A DNA stretch of 64,000 nt from an uncultured Candidatus Rokubacteria bacterium (GCA_963721815.1 CAVRLO010000024.1:422234-486233); one strand, 5' to 3'. Numbered from the stretch's first letter, positions 39,039 through 50,389 are shown. A program made the numbers and translations. Notes: generated by a model not told the origin, from the letters alone.

Positions 39039-40016
39039 ATGTGGCGATACATCCTCAAACGTCTCCTCCTGATGATTCCGACCTTGCTCGGGGTGGCCCT
39101 GGTGGTCTTCCTGCTCATGCACGTCGTGCCCGGGGATATCGCCCTGTTGATCCTGGGCGCGGGGGAGCAAGGCGGCGACGTCAACCTGTTCGAGCTCGAG
39201 CGCCTGCGAGCCAAGCTGGGGCTCGACCGCCCGCTGTACGCACAGTTCTTCTCCTGGGTCTGGGGCATCGTCTGCCTGGACTTCGGCAACTCCCTGTGGA
39301 CCGGGGCGCCGGTGATCGAGGAGCTGTGGATTCGTCTCCCCTTGACCCTCGAGATCGCCCTCTTTGCGACGCTGGTTTCCACGGTGATCGCCATCCCGCT
39401 GGGCACACTGGCGGCCATCCGTCAGGACACCTGGGTGGACTACGGCGTGCGCCTCGTCAGCATCGGCGGCCTGGCGATCCCGAACTTCTGGACCGGCATC
39501 CTGCTCATCCTCTTTCTCGTCATCTACTTCCAGTGGAGCCCGCCGCTGGTGTTCGTCCCCCTCTGGGCGGACCCGTGGGAGAACTTCAAGCAACTGTTCT
39601 GGCCCATCGTCACCGTGGGCTACCGCAATGCGGCGGTGAGCACGCGCCTGACCCGCTCGGCGGTGCTGGAGATCATGCGGGAGGACTACATTCGCACGGC
39701 CTGGGCGAAGGGCTTGCGCGAGTTCATCGTGGTGGCCAAACACAGCCTGAAGAACGCCATGCTGCCGGTCATTACCATCATCGGCGCGGAGCTGGCCTTC
39801 CTGATGGGCGGTCTGGTGGTCACCGAGACCGTCTTCACCCTGAACGGGCTGGGCCGCTTCATCGTCGAAGCCATCCTGCGTCGAGATATCCCGGTGGTGC
39901 AGACGATGGTGCTGCTGACCGCGTTCTTCATCGTGTTCGTCAATCTGATCGTCGATCTACTCTATGCCTGGCTGGACCCCCGGATCAGCTACAGCACCGC
40001 GAAGACCGGTCGCTGA
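39039..40016 (+). CDS. ABC transporter permease (DppB/OppB type)
   Basis: 325 aa with 6 TM pattern and EAA-like loop. Confidence 0.8.
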   Translation: MWRYILKRLLLMIPTLLGVALVVFLLMHVVPGDIALLILGAGEQGGDVNLFELERLRAKLGLDRPLYAQFFSWVWGIVCLDFGNSLWTGAPVIEELWIRLPLTLEIALFATLVSTVIAIPLGTLAAIRQDTWVDYGVRLVSIGGLAIPNFWTGILLILFLVIYFQWSPPLVFVPLWADPWENFKQLFWPIVTVGYRNAAVSTRLTRSAVLEIMREDYIRTAWAKGLREFIVVAKHSLKNAMLPVITIIGAELAFLMGGLVVTETVFTLNGLGRFIVEAILRRDIPVVQTMVLLTAFFIVFVNLIVDLLYAWLDPRISYSTAKTGR

Positions 40017-40028
40017 GGAGATAGACAG

Positions 40029-40952
40029 ATGGCCGTCATCCGTGAGGGGCCGCTACCGTTCACGACCCCGCAGCTGAAGGCCGCTACGGGCGGGAGGCGC
40101 TGGGCCGGCGCGCAGGCCGCGGTCCGCAAGTTTGTCGTCACAAAACCGCTGGGGGCAGCCGGTGGCGCCATCATTCTCTTGATGGTGCTCATCGCCATCT
40201 TTGCCGATGTCCTCGCCCCCTACGATCCGCATGCGATCAATCAGCGCCTACAGTTCACGGCCCCGAGCCTGAACCACTGGTTCGGCACCGACGAGTTCGG
40301 TCGGGATCTGTTCACGCGTATCGTCTACGGCGCGCGCATCGCCCTGTTCATCGGCCTGACCGCCGCCTTCGTCGGCGCGACCTGTGGAGCCATCCTGGGC
40401 GTCGTCAGCGCGTATCTCGGAGGCAGAGTGGACCTGTACCTGCAGCGCATCATCGACGTGTTGCTCGCGTTTCCGCTGCTCATCCTCGCGCTGGCGATCG
40501 TCACCGTGCTGGGCCGTTCGGTTCCCAACGTGGTGATGGCCATCGCTATCCCCATCATTCCGCGCACCGCTCGCATCGTCCGCTCCAACGCGCTGAGCAT
40601 CAAAGAGAACATGTACGTCGAAGCGGCCCGCTCCGTGGGGAGCTCGCATCCGAAGGTGATCCTGCGCCATATCATCCCCAACGTCATGGCGCCGTACTTG
40701 ATCATGCTGACCGCCCAGTTCGGGAACGCCATCCTCGTGGAAGCCTCGTTGAGCTTCCTGGGGCTGGGGACCGCCGAGCCCACGCCGTCGTGGGGGCTGA
40801 TGCTCTCCGGCAGCGCGCTGTCGTATGCCGAGAGGGCGCCGTGGGTGGCCGTCTTCCCCGGCATCGCCATCAGCCTGGCGGTGTTCGGCTTCAACCTCTT
40901 CGGCGATTCGATCCGGGACGCCCTCGACCCCAAGCTCCGCCACCACAAGTGA
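40029..40952 (+). CDS. ABC transporter permease (DppC/OppC type)
   Basis: 307 aa. Confidence 0.8.
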   Translation: MAVIREGPLPFTTPQLKAATGGRRWAGAQAAVRKFVVTKPLGAAGGAIILLMVLIAIFADVLAPYDPHAINQRLQFTAPSLNHWFGTDEFGRDLFTRIVYGARIALFIGLTAAFVGATCGAILGVVSAYLGGRVDLYLQRIIDVLLAFPLLILALAIVTVLGRSVPNVVMAIAIPIIPRTARIVRSNALSIKENMYVEAARSVGSSHPKVILRHIIPNVMAPYLIMLTAQFGNAILVEASLSFLGLGTAEPTPSWGLMLSGSALSYAERAPWVAVFPGIAISLAVFGFNLFGDSIRDALDPKLRHHK

Positions 40953-41054
40953 GGGCATCGCATCAGCAGAAGTTCTCGCCCGAGAGCGTGATCTCGACGA
41001 AGCTCCTGGAGGAGGCCGATCCCGCGCTCGTGAAGTGGAACTCGAAGACCGAGG

Positions 41055-42395
41055 TCAGGTGAGCGGCGCTCGGGGGCCGTCTACTCGATGCAGCTCAAGC
41101 TGCTGAAGCCATAGTGGTCGTCGTACCGCCACGGCGGCGGGAGCGGCCCCGCCGTCGGCAGCGCGGCGCCGTCCACGCCGCCATGAAGCCCGATGGTCGA
41201 GCCCCGCCGCACGATCTTCGTGGGCGCGCCGATCACGCGCGAGACCGCGGGCGCTTCGGGCACGGCCAGGGTGACGTTCTTGAAGAAGCTCGTGCTCACG
41301 ATCGCGTCGGCCTCGGGCAGGGGCTCGAGCATGGTGGGCGCGCCGTCGGTCGCGTCGTCCTCGCTGGTGAGGAACACGGTCTTGATGCCGAGGCGCTCGC
41401 ACGCCTGGATGCTGCGCACCACCTCGATGAACTCGTTGCCTCCCGCGTCCCACGTGACCACGGCGCCCTGCGCGCCGAGCTGGCTGGGCGAGCTTGGCCG
41501 TCTGATTGGCCATCAGCTGCTTCTCGGTTTGCGTGGTCCACTCCGTGCGGAGCGAGATGACGCCGAGGAAGTTCCAGTCGCGGCCGTGGCGGCGGTAGAG
41601 GTCGAGGAAGAGCGGATTGTTGGCGACGGTCCATGACATCGCGAACGCGGTGCGGTAGGGGCCGGTGAGCGCGCCGTCCAGGATCTCGTTCGGGTGCAGA
41701 TACCACGGCGGCGTGAGCTGGGTCAGGCCGTACGTCGCCGTGCAGAACGCCGAGGGTGATGCCGACATCGCCTGCGGCGAGTGCACGCACCAGATGTAGA
41801 CCACCTTCGGGAGCTCCGGATCCACCGGCGTCAGCTCGAAGACCTCGCGCTCGGGCGGCGTGAGCGCGCGCACCGCTTCGCCGAGCTGGTCGGCGACGGT
41901 GAGCGCCGCCTTGTGCACGGCGTAGTTCTTGACCTCTTCGTTCAGGCTCGAATCGGGCTCGACGACCAGGCAGAGGTTCAGGAGCTTCTGGTAGGGGTAC
42001 ATCTCGCCGTAGTGGCCGGACATGTCGAGGTACGTCTCGACGAAGTCGCCGCCGGCGTCGTGCCAGTTGACGCTCGACACCTCGACGACGCCCATGCCGG
42101 CGAGGCGATGCGTGCGGCCGTCGCCCACCGTGGCGATCTCGCGCCCGCAGATGCCGGGATAGCAGACGCCGGGCCCCTCGACCTTGACGCGCGGCTCGAT
42201 CACGTCGCGCACCGGCCAGATCCGGACCGACTCGCCCGGCTTCGCGATCTCGAGCCCGGCGCTCGCGATCCGCGGATCCTGGCGCACCGCCTCCAGCACC
42301 GCCTCGCGGTCCACCGTGAGCCGGCCCGCGTCGTAGCGCGTCGTTCGCCCGAAGACGATGTCCGTGACCGGGAAGGTGCCCATCTCAAGACGCAT
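41055..42395 (-). CDS. GrdE-like proprotein, paralog 2; apparent +1 frameshift near 41495
   Basis: N-terminal ~320 aa in the ORF 41055..42395 frame; C-terminal '[27 protein letters not shown]...' in the ORF 41081..41461 frame; homologous to paralog 1. Confidence 0.55.
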   Translation of the reverse strand: MRLEMGTFPVTDIVFGRTTRYDAGRLTVDREAVLEAVRQDPRIASAGLEIAKPGESVRIWPVRDVIEPRVKVEGPGVCYPGICGREIATVGDGRTHRLAGMGVVEVSSVNWHDAGGDFVETYLDMSGHYGEMYPYQKLLNLCLVVEPDSSLNEEVKNYAVHKAALTVADQLGEAVRALTPPEREVFELTPVDPELPKVVYIWCVHSPQAMSASPSAFCTATYGLTQLTPPWYLHPNEILDGALTGPYRTAFAMSWTVANNPLFLDLYRRHGRDWNFLGVISLRTEWTTQTEKQLMANQTAKLAQPARRAGRRGHVGRGRQRVHRGGAQHPGVRAPRHQDRVPHQRGRRDRRRAHHARAPARGRRDREHELLQERHPGRARSARGLARDRRAHEDRAAGLDHRASWRRGRRRAADGGAAPAAVAVRRPLWLQQLELHRVDGPRAPLT

Positions 42396-43734
42396 GAGCC
42401 GCCTCCTCAGTCTTACCTGGCGCCATAGGGTCGAAGAGCGTCGGCCCGGGCACGGCGATCGTCAGGGTCTGGAGCGCGGTGGTCACGATGCGCATACCGA
42501 AGGCGTAGTCCTTCTCCGGGCTCAAGGTCGGGTCGCCGCACACGTGCTCGATGCGCGCGCCGCGGATCACGCGGTTCGCGCCGGTCGTGAGGGCGAAATT
42601 GTAGATGGCCGAGATCATGCCGACGGGGATGCCGACTCGCTCGATCTCCTTGGCTATCGTTGCGCCGCAACGATTGCAGGTTCCTCAGGTGGCGACCAGC
42701 AGGGCCCCGTCGACGCCGCCGGCCTTGAGGTCCTGGGCGATGCTGCGGCCGTGCCCGGCCGACACCGCCACCGGCGTGCTCACGCCGGGCAGCGCGTAGA
42801 TGTGCTCGTGGACGCGGCCCACCTTGCCCTGGCGCTCGAGATCGCGCAGGAACGAGAGCGGCAGGATGTAGTTCGGGTTGCTGTTGACGAGATGGTTGAA
42901 GTAGCCGGCGTGGTAGGCCTCCCATTCGGCCGGCGAGAGCGACTCGAGCTCGGTCACCGTGTGCCGGTGATAGCGCACGGCGTTCGCCGAGACCTGCCGG
43001 TCGGGGTTGCCTTTGCGGACGAGCCCGCCGGTCGTGACCATCGCGATGCGCGCGCGCGAGAGGTCGGCGATCGGCGCCGCCGGGGCCACGCGCTCCGGCG
43101 CCGCGTAAGGCACTTCCGACCGAAAGGGCCGGCCGTGGAGCTTGTCGAGCAGCATGTCGAGCGCGCGCTGATAGCCCGGTCGCCCGCGGTCGTGCACGCG
43201 GCGCGTGCCGCGAGGCATGTAGCCCTCCACCTCGGACGGCCCCAGCGACTCACCGCGGCCCAGGCGCCGCGCGAGCGGGGCCAGCGCGTCGAGCGCGGCC
43301 TGCATCGACGTCGTCGACGAGCCCGAGGGCACGATGTAGATCCCGCGCCGCGCGCCCGAGGCGCCCGGATTTTCCGGATGCATCGCCGTGATCGCGGCAA
43401 TGCGCAGCCCCTGGGCCACCTTGCAGGCGAGCGCGCAAGCCAGGCCGTATCGCCCCGATCCGAACGCCGGACCGGCGACCAGCACGTCGGGCTTGATGCG
43501 CTCGAGCTCGGCTGCGATCGCGCGCGCGGCTTCGGCTTCGCTTTCGCTCGCGAAGTTGTCGCCGCAGACGATGGTCGCCTCGACTCGCGCGCCGTCGCCG
43601 AGCGCCTTCTCGAGCACGCGCCCCGGGCCGACGGCTCCGGCTTGCACGGACACGCCGACGTGCGCCTGATCCTCGCCGCCGATGCCCCCGAAGAACTGGT
43701 TCACGTAGTGCACGACGCGAAGCGGACTGCTCAT
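42385..43734 (-). CDS. GrdB-like selenoprotein, paralog 2; UGA (Sec) at 42685..42687; frame intact
   Basis: '[18 protein letters not shown]' N-terminus; '[10 protein letters not shown]' then TGA then '[30 protein letters not shown]' (ORFs 42685..43734 and 42385..42618 share a frame). Confidence 0.75.
42685..42687 (-). other. in-frame UGA, predicted selenocysteine codon of GrdB-like paralog 2
   Basis: 'VAT-U-GTCNRC'; ATCGTTGC-GGC-GCAACGAT hairpin starting 13 nt downstream. Confidence 0.75.
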
Positions 43735-43812
43735 GGTGTCGCCCCTCCCGAGCCGATCTGTCGCTGGGGGATTCTAACTCCGCCCGGGGTGGCCGTGTCG
43801 TATTCTCGACCC

Positions 43813-44907
43813 ATGGGCAACACCTGGGGGCAATTGTTTCGCGTGACCACCTGGGGGGAGTCGCACGGGGGCGCCACCGGCGCCGTCGTCGACGGCTGCC
43901 CGTCGCGGCTGCCCCTGTCCGCGGAGGACATCCAGCCGGACCTGGACCGCCGCGCACCGGGGCAGAGTGCTCTGGTGTCCCAGCGCAAGGAGTCCGACAC
44001 GGTGCAAATCCTCTCCGGTGTCTTCGAGGGACGGACGCTCGGCACGCCGATCAGCCTCCTGATCCCGAACGAAGACATGCGGCCGGGCGACTATCGCGAG
44101 GTTCGCGAGAAGTACCGGCCGAGCCACGCCGATTTCACCTACGACGCGAAGTACGGGGTCCGCGACTGGCGGGGCGGGGGGCGGACCAGCGCGCGCGAGA
44201 CCGCCGGCCGCGTGGCCGCCGCCGCCATCGCGCGCAAGCTCCTCAGCGTGCGCTTCAACGTGACGGTTGTGGCCTGGGTGTCGAAGGTCGGGCGGCTCGT
44301 CGCGGACTGCGACCACGAAAAGGTGACGCGGGAGCAGGTCGATACGACGCCGATCCGCTGCCCCGACCTCGCCGTGGCCGAGCGCATGATCGCGGCGGTC
44401 GAAGCCGCGCGCAAGGACGGCAACTCGCTAGGCGGCGTCGTCACCTGCGCCGTGCGCGGCTGTCCGGCCGGCTGGGGCGAGCCGGTGTTCGACCGTCTGG
44501 AGGCCGACCTCGCCAAGGCCGTGATGAGCCTGCCGGCGTCCAAAGGCTTCGAGATCGGCTCGGGCTTCGCCGGGACCGATCTCACGGGCGCCGAGCACAA
44601 CGACGAATTCTACGTGGAAGGCGGACGGATTCGGACGCGCACCAACCGCTCGGGCGGTGTGCAGGGCGGCATCACCAACGGCGAGACGATCTACTTCCGG
44701 GTGGCGTTCAAGCCGACGGCCACGATCATGCGCGAGCAGAACACGGTCGACATCCATCTTGAAGAAACGACCATCCAGGGGCGCGGCCGCCACGACCCGT
44801 GCGTGCTGCCGCGCGCCGTGCCCATGGTCGAGGCGATGGCCGCCCTGGTCATGGCGGACCACGCCCTGCGCCACCAGGCGGTGACGGAGCCGAATCCGCG
44901 CGTATGA
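43813..44907 (+). CDS. aroC: chorismate synthase
   Basis: '[30 protein letters not shown]' canonical AroC N-terminus; 364 aa. Confidence 0.85.
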   Translation: MGNTWGQLFRVTTWGESHGGATGAVVDGCPSRLPLSAEDIQPDLDRRAPGQSALVSQRKESDTVQILSGVFEGRTLGTPISLLIPNEDMRPGDYREVREKYRPSHADFTYDAKYGVRDWRGGGRTSARETAGRVAAAAIARKLLSVRFNVTVVAWVSKVGRLVADCDHEKVTREQVDTTPIRCPDLAVAERMIAAVEAARKDGNSLGGVVTCAVRGCPAGWGEPVFDRLEADLAKAVMSLPASKGFEIGSGFAGTDLTGAEHNDEFYVEGGRIRTRTNRSGGVQGGITNGETIYFRVAFKPTATIMREQNTVDIHLEETTIQGRGRHDPCVLPRAVPMVEAMAALVMADHALRHQAVTEPNPRV

Positions 44908-44923
44908 TCCGCGGCGGCGTCGC

Positions 44924-47900
44924 TCAGGTCCGACCGGCGAGGTTGGCCACGACGATCGTCAGCTCGGTGGGATCGACGGGCTTGGGCACGTGCATGCTGA
45001 AGCCCGCGGACAAGGTGCGTAGCCGGTCCTCGACGCGGCCGTACGCGGTGAGCGCGACGGCCGGGAGCCGGGCGAATGCGCCGCCCTCGAGCGCGCGCAC
45101 CCGGCGGATGAACGTGTAGCCGTCCTCGCCGGGCATCTCGATGTCGGAGATCAGCACGTCCGGCCGCCAGGTCCGAACTGTTTCGAGGCCCGCGGCAGCC
45201 GAGGCGCACGTCCGCACCTTAGCGCCCGCGTTGATCAGCATCGTCGCGACCATCTCGAGCCCATCGCGATCGTCGTCCACCACGAGAACACGCAGCCCGG
45301 GGAGCGCCGGGCCGTGGCCGGCTGCCGCGACCGCCGGCTGGCCGCGCCCGCGCGACGGTCGCGCCTGCGCGGGCTCGCCGGCGCGAGCGATGGCGATCGG
45401 CAGCTTCACGGTGAAGGTGGCTCCGCGGCCCTCGCCGGCGCTTGATGCCTCCACGCTGCCGCCGTGTAGCTCCACCAGGTGGCGGACGAGCGCCAGGCCG
45501 AGTCCGAGACCGGTATGGCGGCGGGTCGACGTGCTGTCGCCTTGCTGGAACCGCTCGAACACATGGGGGAGCACGTCCGGCGCGATGCCTTGCCCCGTAT
45601 CGCCCACGCTGATCTCGACGTGCGAGTTCTGGTGCTGCAGGAGCACCTGAATGCGCCCGCCGCGGGGCGTGAACTTCACCGCGTTGATCAAGAGGTTCCA
45701 GACGACCTGCTGCAGGCGGTCGGGATCGCCTGTGATGCCGAACGCCTGAGGGTCGAGCACCGCTTGCAGCCGGAGGTCCTTGGCGTCGGCTGCCGGGCGC
45801 ACGGCGTCGATCGCCGCTTCCACCACCGCCTGCAGATCGACCGGACGAACGTCCAGGCGCATCTTGCCGGTCACGATGCGGGAGACGTCCAGCATGTCGT
45901 CGATGAGCTGCACCTGTGCGTTCGCGTTGCGCATGATGATGTCCAGAGCCCGCGTGACCGCCTCGCCGCGCAGGTCGCCGGCGCGCAGGATGTGGGCCCA
46001 GCCGTAGACGGCGTTCAGCGGCGTGCGCAGCTCGTGCGAGAGCACCGCCAGGAACTCGTCCTTCGCCCGGCTGGCCGCCTCGGCCGCCGCGCGCGCCCGC
46101 TGCTCTTCGTCGAGCAGGCGCGTATTGTCGATGGCGATCGCGAGCTGCGCCGCGATGCCCGCCATGATGGGCTCCAGACGCTCCGCGAACACGCCGGGCT
46201 TTTCGTGTCCGAGGAAGAGCCCGCCGATGACCCCGCTGGTGCGCGACACGACCGGTACCGCGAGGTAGCTCGTCACCGGCAGGTGGCCCCGCGGCATCCC
46301 GTAGTGCGGCACGTTCTGTCCGTAGCGCGGGTCCTTCCGGACGTCGTCCAGGCGGATGATGCCTTCCCCGCGGAACGTGGGTCCGAACATCGCGGTGTTG
46401 CGCGGCAGCGGGAACTTCTCGAACTCCGCCCGCGGCACGCCCGAGATCGTGTACAGCATGTACGACTCGCCCTTGTCATCGACGACGTTGTAGAAGAAGG
46501 CGCCGAACTGCGCGCCGGCCAGCTTCGTGGCCTCGTCGGTGAACGACTGCACGAGCGACGTGAGATCGGTCTGAGCAGCCAGCCGCCGGCCGATGCGATT
46601 GACCGTCTCGAGGATCTCAGTTTTCTCTTCCGCCTCGCGGCGCGCTGCCTGCTCGCGACCGAGGAGCGCCCGCCGATCCGCGTCGGCGCGCTCGCGCAGC
46701 TCCTTCATCTTGAGGTGCGTCTCGACCCGGGCGACGAGCTCGCGCGCCGAGAACGGCTTGATCACGTAGTCGTCGGCGCCCGCCTCCAGCCCCTCGACGC
46801 GAGACTCCTCGCCCGCGCGCGCCGACACGAGGATGACGGGCACGCCGCGCGTGGCCGGATCCGCGCGCAGCGCCCGGAGCAGTCCGAAGCCGTCCAGACC
46901 AGGCATCATGACGTCGGCCAGGACCAAATCGGCCGGCCGCGCGCGCAGCGCCGCGAGTGCCGCCTGGCCATCGCCCACGGTCTCGACATCCCAGTGCGAG
47001 CGGAGCAGGCGCGTGACGTACTGACGCATGTCCGCGTTGTCGTCGGCGAGCACGATCCGGAAGCGCCGACGCGTCTCGCCCGAGGCGCCGCCGCGCTCGA
47101 GCACTGCCGGGGCCGCCAGCACGTCGACGGAATCCTCGGCGCCCGGCAGCCACCCGAGCGCCTCGTCGACGAAGGGCTGGCCCACGACGGAGGCCGGTGT
47201 CCTCGCGGATTCCGCGGCGATCCGATCGGCCGGCAGATGCGCGAGCCCGCGGGGAAGGGTGACGGTGAACGCGCTGCCGCGGCCGGGCTGGCTCTCCACC
47301 CGCACCTCGCCGCCATGCAGGCGCACGAGCTCCTGGACCAGCGCCAGGCCGATGCCCGAGCCTTCGTGCGTCCGGGCGCGCGCGTTCTCCACGCGATGGA
47401 ATCGGTCGAAGACGCGGTCGATCTGGCTCGGCGCGATGCCGATGCCCGTATCGCGGACGACCAGCGACACCGACGAGCCGTGCTCTGTGAGCTCGACGGC
47501 GATGCCCCCGTCGAAGGTGAACTTGAAGGCGTTGGACAGGAGATTGAGAACGATCTTCTCCCACATGCCGTGATCGACGTAGACCGGCTCGAGGCCGGCC
47601 GGAGATCGCACCTCGAACATGAGCCCCGCCTGCTCGATCGACGACCGGAACACGCCGGCCAGCTCCGCTGTGAAGGCCCCGAGATCGGTGGGCTCGTACT
47701 TCGCCTCGTGTCGCCCGGCCTGGATGCGCGAGAAGTCGAGCAGCGAGTTGACGAGCTTGAGCAGCCGCCGGCCGTTGCGGCCGATCACCTCGAGTGTCTC
47801 GTGATCGCCGGAGCTCAGCGAGGCCGGCGCGCGGGCGATCAGGTCTTCGAGCGGGCCCAGCATCAAGGTCAGCGGCGTCCGAAACTCGTGGCTGATGTTG

Positions 47901-48955
47901 CTGAAGAACGTGGTCTTGGCCCGGTCGAGCTCGGCGAGCGCTTCGGCGCGCTTGCGCTCCTCCTCGTACGAGGACGCCTGGGTGACCGCCGTCCCGATCT
48001 GCGCGGCGACGAGATCGAAGAAGTCGCGATAGTCGCCCTCGAGCGCGAGCGAGCGGCTCGTGCCGGCGACCATGAATCCGGCGCATTGCCCGCTCTGGAG
48101 GATCGGATGGATCAAGGTCCGGTCGGGCGCGGCCCCTTCGGGCAGCTCGCGCGCGGCGTCGGCGGGCAGTGACGACTGCACGAGCGGGCGGCCGCTCCGA
48201 GCGACCGCAGCGAACGGCCACCGCGAGTCGTCGAGCGCGACCTCCGCCGGGGTCAGCGCGCCGCCCGCGGCAACACCGACCGAGCCGATGGAGCGCGCGG
48301 CCTTGCCGTCGCCGTCGACGAGATAGAGGCTCCCGAACGGAATGTCTTGCCGATTGGCGGCGAGTGCGGGCAGGGCCAGGCGACAGGCCTCCTCCGCCGA
48401 TCGGCTCTCCTTGGCGCGGGCCAGGTCACGCAAGGTGCGGAGCCGGCGCTCGCTCAGCACTCGGCCGGTGGTCTCGCTGACGATGCAGAACACGCCGCCG
48501 ACCTGGCCGGTCTCGTCGCGGACCGGATCGTAGGAGACGTCGAAGTAGGTCTCCTCGGCGAACCCGTGACGCACGAGGTAGAAGAGATGATCGGTCGCTC
48601 GGAACGCCTCACCTGTGGCGATGACCCCGTTCAGCAGCGGGCCGAGCACGTCCCAGATCTCGCTCCACACCTCACGAGCCGGGCGGCCGAGGACCCCCGC
48701 GTGCTTGTTGCCCAGCACCGGGATGTAGGCGTCGTTGTAGAGCTTGATCAGCTCCGGCCCCCAGAAGAGGCAGATCTGCGCCTTCGACGGGAGCAGGATG
48801 CTGACGGCGCTGCGCAGACTCTGCGGCCAGGACGTGGTGGGGCCGAGAGGGGTCGAGGCCCAGTCCAGCGCGCGAATACGCCCGGCCATCTCGCCCCCGC
48901 CTGCGAGCCAGGTTGCCGCCGCGCCGTCGGTGAGGCCGGGCCGATCGTCGCTCAT
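44924..48955 (-). CDS. hybrid sensor histidine kinase / response regulator (PAS-GAF-HisKA-HATPase-REC, duplicated kinase and receiver modules)
   Basis: 1343 aa; 'SHEFRTPL' and 'SHELRTPLN' H-boxes; two REC domains with 'LADVMMPGLDG' and 'DIEMPGEDG'. Confidence 0.8.
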   Translation of the reverse strand: MSDDRPGLTDGAAATWLAGGGEMAGRIRALDWASTPLGPTTSWPQSLRSAVSILLPSKAQICLFWGPELIKLYNDAYIPVLGNKHAGVLGRPAREVWSEIWDVLGPLLNGVIATGEAFRATDHLFYLVRHGFAEETYFDVSYDPVRDETGQVGGVFCIVSETTGRVLSERRLRTLRDLARAKESRSAEEACRLALPALAANRQDIPFGSLYLVDGDGKAARSIGSVGVAAGGALTPAEVALDDSRWPFAAVARSGRPLVQSSLPADAARELPEGAAPDRTLIHPILQSGQCAGFMVAGTSRSLALEGDYRDFFDLVAAQIGTAVTQASSYEEERKRAEALAELDRAKTTFFSNISHEFRTPLTLMLGPLEDLIARAPASLSSGDHETLEVIGRNGRRLLKLVNSLLDFSRIQAGRHEAKYEPTDLGAFTAELAGVFRSSIEQAGLMFEVRSPAGLEPVYVDHGMWEKIVLNLLSNAFKFTFDGGIAVELTEHGSSVSLVVRDTGIGIAPSQIDRVFDRFHRVENARARTHEGSGIGLALVQELVRLHGGEVRVESQPGRGSAFTVTLPRGLAHLPADRIAAESARTPASVVGQPFVDEALGWLPGAEDSVDVLAAPAVLERGGASGETRRRFRIVLADDNADMRQYVTRLLRSHWDVETVGDGQAALAALRARPADLVLADVMMPGLDGFGLLRALRADPATRGVPVILVSARAGEESRVEGLEAGADDYVIKPFSARELVARVETHLKMKELRERADADRRALLGREQAARREAEEKTEILETVNRIGRRLAAQTDLTSLVQSFTDEATKLAGAQFGAFFYNVVDDKGESYMLYTISGVPRAEFEKFPLPRNTAMFGPTFRGEGIIRLDDVRKDPRYGQNVPHYGMPRGHLPVTSYLAVPVVSRTSGVIGGLFLGHEKPGVFAERLEPIMAGIAAQLAIAIDNTRLLDEEQRARAAAEAASRAKDEFLAVLSHELRTPLNAVYGWAHILRAGDLRGEAVTRALDIIMRNANAQVQLIDDMLDVSRIVTGKMRLDVRPVDLQAVVEAAIDAVRPAADAKDLRLQAVLDPQAFGITGDPDRLQQVVWNLLINAVKFTPRGGRIQVLLQHQNSHVEISVGDTGQGIAPDVLPHVFERFQQGDSTSTRRHTGLGLGLALVRHLVELHGGSVEASSAGEGRGATFTVKLPIAIARAGEPAQARPSRGRGQPAVAAAGHGPALPGLRVLVVDDDRDGLEMVATMLINAGAKVRTCASAAAGLETVRTWRPDVLISDIEMPGEDGYTFIRRVRALEGGAFARLPAVALTAYGRVEDRLRTLSAGFSMHVPKPVDPTELTIVVANLAGRT

Positions 48956-49041
48956 GCCCTACCGAGTCAGGATATATGCACCACGGTGGGCGCGCCATTT
49001 AACGGCAGGGAGGGCGGCGCCGGGCGCGCCGCCGAGCGGCC

Positions 49042-50373
49042 CTAGCGGTCGGCCGCGATCCCGGCCAGGGTCTCGTCGAGGACCGGGGCCAGCTCCGCCA
49101 CGATCGCCTCGAGCGAGAACACGTCGTCGATCTGCCCGGCGAGCGAGGGCCGCGCGGCGACGGCGACGTCCTTCAGATGCCGGTGCTCCTTGACCGCGAG
49201 CGCGGCCCAGTCGTCGACGAGCGCCATCGCGCTCGCACGATCGGTGTCGCGCGCGAGCACGCGGGCCAGGCGCTCGGAGAACACGAGCCCCTGAAGCGAT
49301 TCGAGATTGGCTTTCATGCGCTCGGCGTTCACGACGAGGCCGCCGGCGATCCGCTCGAGCGCATCCAGCGCGCCGCCGGCGGCGTCGACCAGCTCGGGAA
49401 TGGTCACGAGCTCGGCCTGCCAGCCGCCGAGCGCGCGCTCGTGCTCGCCGACCGCGCCGGCGAGGAGGGTCGCCATCAGGCCGGGCACGCGCGCGGCGGC
49501 GGTCAGCGCCTGAAGGCAGGCGACCGGGTTGCGCTTGTGAGGCATCGCGCTCGAGCCGCCGACACCCTTCACGGGCGCGGACTCGAGCATCTCGCCGACC
49601 TCGGCCTGCGAGAGGAGCGACAGATCGCGCGCGATCTTGCCCACGGTTGCCGTGACGATCGCGAGCTCGCCCATCAGGCGCGTGAGCTCGTCGCGGTGGT
49701 CGTGCCAGACGCGCGCCTCGTGCAGGCGCAGGCGCATGGCCAGGCCGTTGCGCACCATGGCGCGCTTGCTGCCGATCGCGTCGAGCGTGCCGACCGCGCC
49801 GCCGAGCTGGATGCAGAGCGCGCGCTCGCGCGCTTCGGCGAGGCGAAGCCGGCAGCGATGGAGCGCCGCCGCCCAGCGCGCGATCTTCAGCCCGGCGGTG
49901 ATCGGCGTGGCCGGCTGCATGAGCGTTCGGCCGAGCATCACGGCGCGAGCGTGGCGCCGCGCGTGGCCGGCCAGGCGGCTCACCGCCGCGTCGAGCACGA
50001 GGTCGGCGTCGGCGAGACACGGCTTCAGGCAGAGCACCAGCGCCGTGTCGAGCACGTCCTGGCTCGTCGAGCCGTAGTGCACGAAGGCCGCCGCGTGCGC
50101 GTCGATTCGGCCGACGTGCTCGGTCAGCGCCTTGACCAGCGGCACCGCGAGCGAGCCCGAGCGCTTGGCCTCGGCGGCGAGCGCGTCGGGCTGAAGGCTC
50201 AGCTCCGCGCAGGCCCGGGCAATGACGTCCGCGGCGTGCCGCGGGACGAGGCCGGCGTCGGCCTCGGCGCCGGCCAGCGCGCGCTCGAAGTCGAGCATCG
50301 CCCGCACGAACGCCTCGGCGGACAGCGCCTGGGTGAAGGCGTCGCGGGCGAAGCCGCGGCCGACGAGGTTCAC
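49042..50373 (-). CDS. pcaB: 3-carboxy-cis,cis-muconate cycloisomerase (fumarate-lyase superfamily)
   Basis: 'GSSAMPHKRNP' lyase-1 signature; located downstream of pcaHG. Confidence 0.65.
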   Translation of the reverse strand: MNLVGRGFARDAFTQALSAEAFVRAMLDFERALAGAEADAGLVPRHAADVIARACAELSLQPDALAAEAKRSGSLAVPLVKALTEHVGRIDAHAAAFVHYGSTSQDVLDTALVLCLKPCLADADLVLDAAVSRLAGHARRHARAVMLGRTLMQPATPITAGLKIARWAAALHRCRLRLAEARERALCIQLGGAVGTLDAIGSKRAMVRNGLAMRLRLHEARVWHDHRDELTRLMGELAIVTATVGKIARDLSLLSQAEVGEMLESAPVKGVGGSSAMPHKRNPVACLQALTAAARVPGLMATLLAGAVGEHERALGGWQAELVTIPELVDAAGGALDALERIAGGLVVNAERMKANLESLQGLVFSERLARVLARDTDRASAMALVDDWAALAVKEHRHLKDVAVAARPSLAGQIDDVFSLEAIVAELAPVLDETLAGIAADR

Positions 50374-50389
50374 ACTCGGCGCCCGCGCG

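Noticed and set aside
42358-43812. 849 aa ORF implying a long N-terminal extension of chorismate synthase
   Set aside because: The extension is antisense to the GrdB-like paralog 2 gene. AroC starts at the canonical 'MGNTWGQLF' (43813).
45479-48221. 897 aa (plus) and 534 aa (minus) ORFs inside the histidine kinase locus
   Set aside because: Antisense and alternative-frame artifacts of the 1343 aa hybrid kinase gene, with Arg/Ala-rich low complexity.
48959-50020. 353 aa Arg-rich ORF overlapping pcaB
   Set aside because: Alternative frame of pcaB, which shows the genuine lyase signature.
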